From a virus, in the IMG/VR virus record IMGVR_UViG_3300035541_000081, positions 1 to 61,688 of that record: a stretch of 61,688 bases of DNA; one strand, 5' to 3'. Each line of letters opens with the position of its first letter. Position 1 is the stretch's first letter. Shown piece by piece: positions 1-6,993 of this stretch. The notes beneath the pieces were generated by a model. The model did not search any database. It saw only the letters and a list, made by a program, of their open reading frames with translations, and was not told the origin of the DNA. Both the position numbers and the translations under genes were made by a program.

Positions 1-56
1 CCGGCAATGATAAATCCACTCATAAAGTTATTGAGCCGTTTATGATAACATCCCTT
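1..56. repeat. 56-bp terminal direct repeat, identical to 61633-61688 (circular assembly overlap or terminal redundancy)
   Basis: Bases 1-56 (ccggcaatgataaatcc...ataacatccctt) are repeated exactly as the last 56 bases of the window. Confidence 0.95.
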
Positions 57-222
57 ACAATCCTTGGAACGATATTTGGGATCGTTTCTGCTACATTGCT
101 TTCGACTGATCACATTCCCTCCGGTTTATTTGTGCCAACAAATCAGTAGAACCGACCGCGAGAACGGGAGCGGCTACGGTCAAGTAATTGGCGCGGCGGC
201 TCACCTCAACGTTATACGGCGG

Positions 223-321
223 TTATACGGCTTCGCCCTTTTTCACCTTCTCAAGCAAGCTGGCCATAAACTTTAGTCCCCGTATCAGGGCTATGATGAT
301 TTGTTTTTCAGTTGCGGTCAT
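223..321 (-). CDS. small hypothetical protein (32 aa, MTATEKQIIIALIRGLKFMASLLEKVKKGEAV)
   Basis: Not in the ORF track (<60 aa). ATG at 321-319 overlaps the TGA of the upstream gene (ATGA coupling), last member of a chain of coupled small genes. Confidence 0.3.
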   Translation of the reverse strand: MTATEKQIIIALIRGLKFMASLLEKVKKGEAV

Positions 322-590
322 TTGTTCGGGTCCTTTATTGTCTGCCGGAACCATTCAGGTGAGTGCTCTTTCTTGGACTTCTCGCGCAAGGCGTTAATGT
401 AGCGCTGTCTCTCGATCTCCCGCTGTGCGTATTTTTTTAGCCTTTGCCGGCGCTCTGCCCCTTCTTTCTCGGGAGGGTACATAATCAAATATGTGATCTT
501 CCGGTATACCCAACGGCATAACCAAGACAGGAAGAGCATCAGTGCATACCCAACAACATAGCTCGCGCCAAATAAAAGGTATGTGTTCAT
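318..590 (-). CDS. small membrane protein (about 90 aa)
   Basis: ORF 318..641. The internal ATG at 590-588 overlaps the stop of the upstream ORF (ATGA). Hydrophobic helix NTYLLFGASYVVGYALMLFLSWL followed by a basic tail. Confidence 0.55.
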   Translation of the reverse strand: MNTYLLFGASYVVGYALMLFLSWLCRWVYRKITYLIMYPPEKEGAERRQRLKKYAQREIERQRYINALREKSKKEHSPEWFRQTIKDPNK

Positions 591-937
591 CCCAGTTTCA
601 ATTTCCCTTCCGGTGCCAGCAACCCCCCGCAATCCCGACATTCCAAAACCCCTGACCCGGCAGAAGGATCAGGCGGCGGCGGTTCCCATCCCCAACCGGC
701 AAACGGCTCTTTCAATCGGAGCATTCCGGGATGTGCCTGTTTGTCCGGGTCGAACTGTTCCGTGGTTTCAAAGTGGCAGGCACCGCACAACGGGCACATG
801 ATGTCCAGGGCTTCCCGCTTGACCCCGTAAAATCCCTCATCGTCTTCAACAATGTCATACCCTGCCGGAATGTTTTTTTCTGCAAGCGTCCGGGTTTTGT
901 ATTTTCCCCGGGCGCTGAAATAGATGTCTTCGGTCAT
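587..937 (-). CDS. hypothetical protein with two Cys pairs (zinc-ribbon-like)
   Basis: 116-aa ORF with CPLCGAC ... CRDCGG, ATGA-coupled on both sides. Confidence 0.6.
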   Translation of the reverse strand: MTEDIYFSARGKYKTRTLAEKNIPAGYDIVEDDEGFYGVKREALDIMCPLCGACHFETTEQFDPDKQAHPGMLRLKEPFAGWGWEPPPPDPSAGSGVLECRDCGGLLAPEGKLKLG

Positions 938-1179
938 TTTTTTGCGTCATGCCTTTTTGTAGCCGACCATGACGCCTGTTTTACTTGGTGCCATGGGATA
1001 AGCAGTTTTTTGCCGTCTCGTTCAATCCGCAGGCCAGGCGTTGACAATGGCATAAGTTCGGACGAATAGCACCGTGGGTCTGCACCCAACCAGGAATCCG
1101 TGTACTCATTGCAATCAAGGTCGGTATATTCAACAACGTACAGATGGTCGAGCACGTCACCTCTTATTATGTCCGTCAT
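934..1179 (-). CDS. hypothetical protein
   Basis: 81-aa ORF in an overlapping same-strand gene chain. Confidence 0.55.
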   Translation of the reverse strand: MTDIIRGDVLDHLYVVEYTDLDCNEYTDSWLGADPRCYSSELMPLSTPGLRIERDGKKLLIPWHQVKQASWSATKRHDAKK

Positions 1180-1454
1180 TTCCCACCTGCCTTGTCTGCC
1201 AAGCTTTCTGCAAACTGTTCCATAAATCTTGAGTTGGTTTCATCCAGAGTGTTCGGGATTTCGGTATTGCCTGTAGCGGCAACGGATTCAAACGAATAGT
1301 CATCTTCCAGATTAAACGCCTGGCCTTCCGGCGGTTTTGCACGAAACAGGGAATCGTATCCTTCACGCTTTGTCCGAAAAACCAGAAACCCGCCCAGGGC
1401 GACACCGGACAAGGTACAGAGCCACGCCAGTATGTATGCCAGCATCAATTCCAT
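1176..1454 (-). CDS. small membrane protein
   Basis: 92-aa ORF with N-terminal hydrophobic helix MELMLAYILAWLCTLSGVALGGFLVF. Confidence 0.6.
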   Translation of the reverse strand: MELMLAYILAWLCTLSGVALGGFLVFRTKREGYDSLFRAKPPEGQAFNLEDDYSFESVAATGNTEIPNTLDETNSRFMEQFAESLADKAGGK

Positions 1455-1455
1455 A

Positions 1456-1929
1456 TTATACGGTCGCCAATGCTACAGACCCGACGTTTTCAACAATGGT
1501 GCCGTTCCCGGAGGAATCTATCCAGAGAACGATACACTCTTTCCCCGCGTTCAACGTGACCTTGTTGTTTGTGCCGTCAAACGTACCGGACGCGGCGGTA
1601 ACGGTATGTGCTGCTGTCCCGGATGCACTGGTGTCTTTGATGATCAAGAATCCCGGGTGATCGGCCAGGTCGGCAATCGTCGCAGCAATCACAACCGTCG
1701 CGTGGTTAAGTTCGACGCTGTTCTTGCCTGCTGTTACGGCCCCTGATTCAGTCAATTCCTGAACTCCAGCCCGAATGCTGTCTGCATATGCCTTGATACT
1801 CTGCTGTGTTGCCAGGGACCTGTCGTCGTCTGAGGACCCAGGATACAATGTCCTCAGACGACGAATTGTATCCTGGTCCAGAATTGGGTAATTGGCGTTT
1901 GCCCCGACCGTTACTGCTTTATCTGCCAT
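1456..1929 (-). CDS. hypothetical protein (beta-rich, possibly virion-associated)
   Basis: 157-aa ORF, 2-nt spacing to neighbours, same strand as the packaging genes. Confidence 0.65.
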   Translation of the reverse strand: MADKAVTVGANANYPILDQDTIRRLRTLYPGSSDDDRSLATQQSIKAYADSIRAGVQELTESGAVTAGKNSVELNHATVVIAATIADLADHPGFLIIKDTSASGTAAHTVTAASGTFDGTNNKVTLNAGKECIVLWIDSSGNGTIVENVGSVALATV

Positions 1930-1931
1930 AA

Positions 1932-2618
1932 TTATATCTCCGTCATTATCGGCTTCCCGTGGTCAATGTCCTGCTCCCACGTTCGTTCCGTCATTATTGT
2001 GTGTACCAACCCCGCCAGAATCCCGGCAGCCGGGTAATCAAAAACTTTGCCCTTGTCAATAATATCGGGCTGTATGGCTTCCACCCGGGCGATTAGGTCC
2101 TGGAATTGTGAGATAGCCACGGTCTTTTGTTCTTTCGCCCGTTTGAGCTGCCACATATACAAGGGGAAAACATTGGGCTCATACCAATCCGCAGGTTCGC
2201 GAATATAAAACCCCCGGCCAGCACCCATCTTTTTTTCCAGCTGAACGCTTGTCTCGGCCACCAGGGCGGTATACCGTTCCGGATCAGCCACCCAATCAGG
2301 CAATATCCCACCGAACTCCCCATACCGATATCGCTTCCGGGTCATGATCACATCTTCCACAAGGTCATAGACCGACTGGTGTTCCCGGAACTCCAAAATC
2401 CGGACACGGCCCTTGTCCACACCGGCGATGATCATGCACCCGGGCTCCATGGCAGTCGGCCAACCGATCGCCCCGGATATGGCCGAGTATTTGTTGCCTG
2501 TTCTCAAATCGTGTATTATCGATGGTTTGAGTTCCCGCATTTTGCCCGTGACCTCGGCCCAGTCGTGCCGGGCCTGGCGTGTTTCTGAGTTGTATGAGTC
2601 GTGGATGAGCTCGATCAT
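1932..2618 (-). CDS. hypothetical protein directly coupled to TerL
   Basis: 228-aa ORF whose start overlaps the TerL stop (2615-2618). Confidence 0.7.
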   Translation of the reverse strand: MIELIHDSYNSETRQARHDWAEVTGKMRELKPSIIHDLRTGNKYSAISGAIGWPTAMEPGCMIIAGVDKGRVRILEFREHQSVYDLVEDVIMTRKRYRYGEFGGILPDWVADPERYTALVAETSVQLEKKMGAGRGFYIREPADWYEPNVFPLYMWQLKRAKEQKTVAISQFQDLIARVEAIQPDIIDKGKVFDYPAAGILAGLVHTIMTERTWEQDIDHGKPIMTEI

Positions 2619-4162
2619 GCCCAGACTCCCCCGCCGAAGAAGCCTGCACCGGTGTCATGGAAAGCCAGGCAAAGAGCGTCCAGCCTGTTTGGAGACGGTA
2701 CGCCCCTGGCCCTCATCTTGAGTTTTGATTCAACCAGGATTTTCCCGGACCCGGTTGTCTCCCGTTTGGGTCTGCTGATTTCTGATATCAGGTCCGGATC
2801 ATTTGGGATACTGATCAGCTGGTCCTCTGGGTGCTCTGCTATCCCACACACCACCTCATATGTTTTTTCAAACCGCCGTCGGAGCTTCCACATGTTCATG
2901 GCCCGGACATTGGCGAACAGGTCTTTGTTTTTTCGCTCAGTGCCCTCATAGTTGCCGGGCAGCTCAGTGGATGAATTGTGGACACCAAGATACGGGAGCA
3001 TCTCTTTGGACCCACGGGCCAGGCTATTCAATTCACCCTTTATACCGGCACCCACGCCTGTGGCATCGTACACCAACATCTGTGCTTTCTTTTCCAGAGA
3101 TTCCCGCCTGGCTTCCCTGGCTGTCTCGGTTGTGTCACCCACATGCCAATGTTTGCAGCTGAGTACCCGGACCCCATGACGGAATACCATGGCCTTTCCG
3201 TCCTTGCCTTCATCGTCCGGATCAAGACCGGCCTGGATGATACCTGACGGTGTGACCAAAAAATCAACAGCCGCCTTCACCCAGATGGACGGAATAAAGA
3301 TCCCCTCAACCGCTGCGGCATAATCCCTGTCAATTTCCTGTGCAAATATATGTTCAAGGCCCTCGGCCCTGGCTTTCTGCTTCCTCTTGTCGTACCATTC
3401 CTGAGTTTTTCGGGGATCATCGCGCCAGTCATGCACAAACACCCTGACTTCACCGGAGAACCGCCTGCGGTGAAAGACATTGCCTTCACCATTAACTGAT
3501 GAGATATCAACAGCAACGTCGGTATTTTCTGAAAGAGCAGCCTCTATCTTTTCGGGTCTTTCGTAATGTGCGCTCTCGTCCTTGAAATAGATGGTTGTCC
3601 GGCCGCCACGCCCGATATTATCCCCAGCCTCACCAATGATCGCGCTGCCGTTGTATGGGTGCAGGATCTTGAGGAACCCGGCATGTTTGCGCTCGTTGTA
3701 ATCATCCGGCCGGAACTCTTTGGGCAGATTGCGGATCAGTATCCGGACCTTTTCCATAATTGAGTCACTGACGCCTATCCGGTCAACCAGGTCCTCTTTC
3801 CGGGACCCGAACCCGATAGCCTGGCCATGATGGAACAGCCAACGATGCGTGGACCAGGCGCAGGAACACCAGGTATACCCACCGTCGCGGGCCTTCTCTA
3901 CCAGCCCGTTTTCCCGGTCGTTTACCAATCCATCCAGCCATTCAACATATTCTTTTTGTTTGGGGAAAAGCAAAAATGGCATAGTGGGAGTTTTTTGCCG
4001 GGGATCATACGTCACCATCCAGTCCTCAATGAAATTAATGGGATGATCGACGTAAAAGACGTTGAGGGCGGCCAGGGTCTCTCCTGACTTGTCCATCCGG
4101 ATATCCCGGAGTGCTTTTAATCTGCGCTGGTATGCAGCGTTGTAGTCTCTACCCCAGGACAT
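2615..4162 (-). CDS. terL: terminase large subunit
   Basis: 515 aa. Walker-A-like KARDGGYTW, Walker-B-like TTIYFKDESAH, C-terminal RNaseH-like nuclease segment AGLDPDDEGKDGKAMV. Overlaps the upstream TerS-like ORF. Confidence 0.85.
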   Translation of the reverse strand: MSWGRDYNAAYQRRLKALRDIRMDKSGETLAALNVFYVDHPINFIEDWMVTYDPRQKTPTMPFLLFPKQKEYVEWLDGLVNDRENGLVEKARDGGYTWCSCAWSTHRWLFHHGQAIGFGSRKEDLVDRIGVSDSIMEKVRILIRNLPKEFRPDDYNERKHAGFLKILHPYNGSAIIGEAGDNIGRGGRTTIYFKDESAHYERPEKIEAALSENTDVAVDISSVNGEGNVFHRRRFSGEVRVFVHDWRDDPRKTQEWYDKRKQKARAEGLEHIFAQEIDRDYAAAVEGIFIPSIWVKAAVDFLVTPSGIIQAGLDPDDEGKDGKAMVFRHGVRVLSCKHWHVGDTTETAREARRESLEKKAQMLVYDATGVGAGIKGELNSLARGSKEMLPYLGVHNSSTELPGNYEGTERKNKDLFANVRAMNMWKLRRRFEKTYEVVCGIAEHPEDQLISIPNDPDLISEISRPKRETTGSGKILVESKLKMRARGVPSPNRLDALCLAFHDTGAGFFGGGVWA

Positions 4163-4538
4163 TTTTGTAAACCTCCGCTGCTTTGTCGGAGTCTATGTCT
4201 ATTTGATCTGGGATGGATGATGGATTGATGTGGAGGGTGTCGGGGGCTTTGCCTTCAGTGCGGTCGAAAAATTCCTTGATAGCCTGTACGTTGCCGCTTC
4301 GCGCCTCATCGAACAATGTCTTGAGCAAAATGGATCTTTGCTTGGATGACCTTTGTTTCCGGATGGAATATGCTTCATTCTCAATATCCTGCATATCATC
4401 CGGGGAGAAGTGACGATACATGGTCCCAACAGCGATGCCGAGGATTTCCTTGGCATACGCCTGACGCGCAGGAAAGTCGTTCTCAGGATTCCCGAGATAG
4501 TCAAGCAGTTTGCGCCTGTGTCGTTCCCTGGCGTTCAA
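4149..4538 (-). CDS. terminase small subunit-like HTH protein (TTG start as listed; see in-frame upstream peptide 4572-4670)
   Basis: 129 aa with HTH-like ARQAYAKEILGIAVGTMYRHF and SGNVQAIKEFFDRTEGK, located immediately upstream of terL. Confidence 0.55.
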   Translation of the reverse strand: MNARERHRRKLLDYLGNPENDFPARQAYAKEILGIAVGTMYRHFSPDDMQDIENEAYSIRKQRSSKQRSILLKTLFDEARSGNVQAIKEFFDRTEGKAPDTLHINPSSIPDQIDIDSDKAAEVYKNVLG

Positions 4539-4571
4539 ATCCTCACCTTTCCTTCTCCGATTAGCAAAACT

Positions 4572-4670
4572 TTATTCACTCCTGACAGCTGAAACTCGTG
4601 CAGCCTGCGTAGCGCTCAAATCAATCAAATATTCCTGCACAAATAATTTTTGTTTTTTTGTTTTAGGCAT
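4572..4670 (-). CDS. 32-aa peptide with a TerS-type N-terminal motif, in frame with ORF 4149..4538 across a single TAA
   Basis: MPKTKKQKLFVQEYLIDLSATQAARVSAVRSE*. KQxxFxxEYLxDxxATQAA is the usual N-terminus of Terminase_2-type small terminases. The stop at 4572-4574 is in the same frame as the 129-aa ORF. Confidence 0.4.
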   Translation of the reverse strand: MPKTKKQKLFVQEYLIDLSATQAARVSAVRSE

Positions 4671-5124
4671 CATCAACCCGACGGCCGCCGATTAAAACGC
4701 TATGGCGCTGAAGGGTGGCTTCGTGCTTATCCGTGATTTTCTCCAAATCCCTGATATCCCGCTCGGTTGCGTCTTTATCTGCAAACCGCTGGTGTAGCGT
4801 CTCCCGGCAATCCGATTGTCGGTCTGAAAAAGATTTGATGGTCTCTATTATGTCATCAAGCTGCTTTTTTGCAAAGTACCCGACAACGGTGATTAGCAAG
4901 GCAATTATGCTGAATCCTATTGAAATTAAAACAGCTTCTATTGTCAAGCTGCTTGTTTCTGGAAAGGCTGTGGCTTGATTGGATTGTATCTCTGACGCGG
5001 TGGCAATTGCTGTGTTGAAAAGGGAAGTATAAAAAATCAATGTTAAGCCTTTGCCTCTTGGTGTTGTGCTTTGTGCTGAGTTTATGACCACGAAACCCGT
5101 GGGCGGCAGCGTGGATTTTACCAC
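4663..5124 (-). CDS. membrane protein with C-terminal coiled-coil region (start uncertain, GTG)
   Basis: 153-aa ORF. TM helix AVLISIGFSIIALLITVVGYF followed by a charged helical segment. Weak RBS. Confidence 0.45.
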   Translation of the reverse strand: MVKSTLPPTGFVVINSAQSTTPRGKGLTLIFYTSLFNTAIATASEIQSNQATAFPETSSLTIEAVLISIGFSIIALLITVVGYFAKKQLDDIIETIKSFSDRQSDCRETLHQRFADKDATERDIRDLEKITDKHEATLQRHSVLIGGRRVDDA

Positions 5125-5273
5125 CCACAGACCCCGTAGTACAAAGTCAAGGAAATCGCGCTAACTACATGAAAATAAACCCACCAACTAACTAATTGAT
5201 CATGAAACCGTCTCTCACTAAACCAAACTTCAACTACATTAAGGAGATGCTACTTGTGTTGCCTATGTTTGTG

Positions 5274-5289
5274 TTTCCATAAGTGGATA
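5274..5289. promoter_or_regulatory. imperfect palindrome TTTCCATAAGTGGATA (relative of the TTTCCACAAGTGGAAA element)
   Basis: Lies in the divergent intergenic region 5125-5465, within a 22-bp imperfect palindrome gtgtttccataagtggatacac. Confidence 0.35.
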
Positions 5290-5382
5290 CACAAAAGGAA
5301 CAATGAGATAGCAATAACTTATTTGGGAAACTATTTCAACCCATTTTTTTGTAACTTTTTTTAAGAAACTTGTTTAAATCTC

Positions 5383-5411
5383 TTGACCTTGTACCTGATA
5401 GGTACTATATT
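5383..5411 (+). promoter_or_regulatory. sigma70-type promoter TTGACC-17 nt-TATATT with an inverted repeat in the spacer
   Basis: TTGACC 5383-5388, TATATT 5406-5411. The spacer contains GTACCtgataGGTAC (5391-5405). A/T-rich upstream tract. Confidence 0.5.
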
Positions 5412-5465
5412 AAACCCATGATCACCGAGGAATTAACAACAAAACTAAAACAAGGAGATAAAATC

Positions 5466-6122
5466 ATGGAAAAAAAGATTGTTGTAAAAATTGAAAATGA
5501 AGAAAAAATTGCTCCGTTGTATTTGCAGTATGACGGCCAGATTAATCCGCAGTCTGCTTATATAGAGATTGATCCGCGCGGTGAGGAGATTGAAGTTAGT
5601 GCCGAAATTAATCACAATATAGGCACCAGTTGCTCCCAAGATCAATTCATGGGTGTTGTATGGACTATCCCATGTAACCCGTACGTCTCAGGAAAAGATC
5701 TTGCCGATTATTTGGAGTCAGAAGACTTCAGGGCAAAAGTCACAGAGTTGTGCGCCGATTACACCTGTGAATGGGATGGTTCAAACTGGAAAGGTTCCTG
5801 GGGCGACGACATGCACAATATCTCTGAATCAATCTATATGGATTTACTTTCATTGGATGGCGTTGAGGTTTTCAGCGGCGACGAGTGGATTGAAGACAGC
5901 ATCACATATTATAACGACGAAGGGGAAGAAGTGAATTATTCCCACGAGGCCACAAAAGCCATCTATGACAAACAAAACGAGAATATTGAGGTTGTAAAAG
6001 AAAATATTGAAGCCATCGCCAAGGACTCTGAAAAATATATTGACCAAAGTTGTCAATTGGTAGAGGGCATTGAAGAAGCTCTTATGGAAATAATTGAGGA
6101 GCTTGAATACAACAAGGAATAA
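5466..6122 (+). CDS. highly acidic hypothetical protein (218 aa from the ATG with an AGGAG RBS)
   Basis: ORF 5370..6122. The ATG at 5466 is preceded by caaggagataaaatc. 52 D/E versus 15 K/R by my count. Low-GC codon usage. Confidence 0.65.
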   Translation: MEKKIVVKIENEEKIAPLYLQYDGQINPQSAYIEIDPRGEEIEVSAEINHNIGTSCSQDQFMGVVWTIPCNPYVSGKDLADYLESEDFRAKVTELCADYTCEWDGSNWKGSWGDDMHNISESIYMDLLSLDGVEVFSGDEWIEDSITYYNDEGEEVNYSHEATKAIYDKQNENIEVVKENIEAIAKDSEKYIDQSCQLVEGIEEALMEIIEELEYNKE

Positions 6123-6194
6123 GGCCGGAACATAATCAGATAGCCACCAAACGCCCCGGCATAAAACCCGGGGCATAACTTTAAAAAGGAATAT

Positions 6195-6419
6195 ATGGAG
6201 ATCAACCCCAAACAGGCCCGGGAAAACCTGGGCTTAAATCAAACCCAAATGGCCGAGGCAATGGGTGTCCACCGCAATACTTGGCTAAAGTGGGAACGAG
6301 GAGAGCAGCAAATATCCGCTGCACCGGCAAGGCTCATCCAAGTATTTTTGTGGCTTAACTCAAAAAACATGCTTAATTCATTTTTAAAGGAAGAGAAAAT
6401 ATACTATCATGGAAAATAA
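6195..6419 (+). CDS. XRE/MqsA-like helix-turn-helix protein
   Basis: 74 aa. LGLNQTQMAEAMGVHRNTWLKWERGEQQISAAPARLIQVF matches the HTH plus W-x-x-W-E-x-G pattern. Confidence 0.75.
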   Translation: MEINPKQARENLGLNQTQMAEAMGVHRNTWLKWERGEQQISAAPARLIQVFLWLNSKNMLNSFLKEEKIYYHGK

Positions 6420-6825
6420 TAACCCCCTCGAAATAACGGGCGAGAATATAAGAGATTATATGTTGCGCGATGATTTTAAGTTTAGCGAATTATTATCATC
6501 GTTGAGGAAATGTCATTTCCTTCTATTAACAAATGGCAACATCCTTGTCGGATGCTCTTTTATACAATCAAACATGAATGAGGATAACTCTGGTGTAATT
6601 TTTAAAAAATTCAAGATAAGTGTTCAGCAAACGTCCGAAAAAAAAGTTGATAAAGCTATTTTGTTAACTTCTGATGGAAAATATTCTATAGAATTTAAAA
6701 TTGTTAAATGGGCGTCAAGCTTGGAAGACAAAACCTTAAAAGTGTTTCTCGATAATCAATATGTATGTGCTGGTGACACTTTGGTTTTTGAGGAGTTTAG
6801 TTTTGGTTTCAAGTGCGCAATATAA
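6409..6825 (+). CDS. hypothetical protein
   Basis: 138-aa ORF overlapping the HTH gene by 11 nt. Very AT-rich (16 of 60 G+C at 6601-6660). Confidence 0.6.
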   Translation: MENNNPLEITGENIRDYMLRDDFKFSELLSSLRKCHFLLLTNGNILVGCSFIQSNMNEDNSGVIFKKFKISVQQTSEKKVDKAILLTSDGKYSIEFKIVKWASSLEDKTLKVFLDNQYVCAGDTLVFEEFSFGFKCAI

Positions 6826-6993
6826 TTTTTAGTTTTAAATACGCCATTAACATTTCAAAAAGGGAGTTACAGCCTCACAACTTAGAGGCATACATTCAAG
6901 GCGTTTTGTAGATCCCCTTTCCTTCATCGCCTCGGTTTTTGTGGCCGGGGCCATTTCAATCTTTTTCTTTCGTAAACTCTCTCCTTTCCGTTT

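Noticed and set aside
64-397. Plus-strand ORFs 64..276 and 188..397
   Set aside because: They are antisense to the coupled minus-strand gene chain, lack an RBS and have no recognisable features.
6195-6419. XRE-type HTH as evidence for a temperate lifestyle (CI/Cro switch)
   Set aside because: No integrase, recombinase, excisionase or partition system was found. The HTH sits in a small accessory cassette rather than at a divergent immunity region next to early genes.
6826-6993. 35-codon minus-strand ORF (MAPATKTEAMKERGSTKRLECMPLSCEAVTPFLKC) in the convergent gap after the primase
   Set aside because: It has no RBS, follows a stop with no coupling, and lies in a region that more plausibly holds convergent transcription ends.
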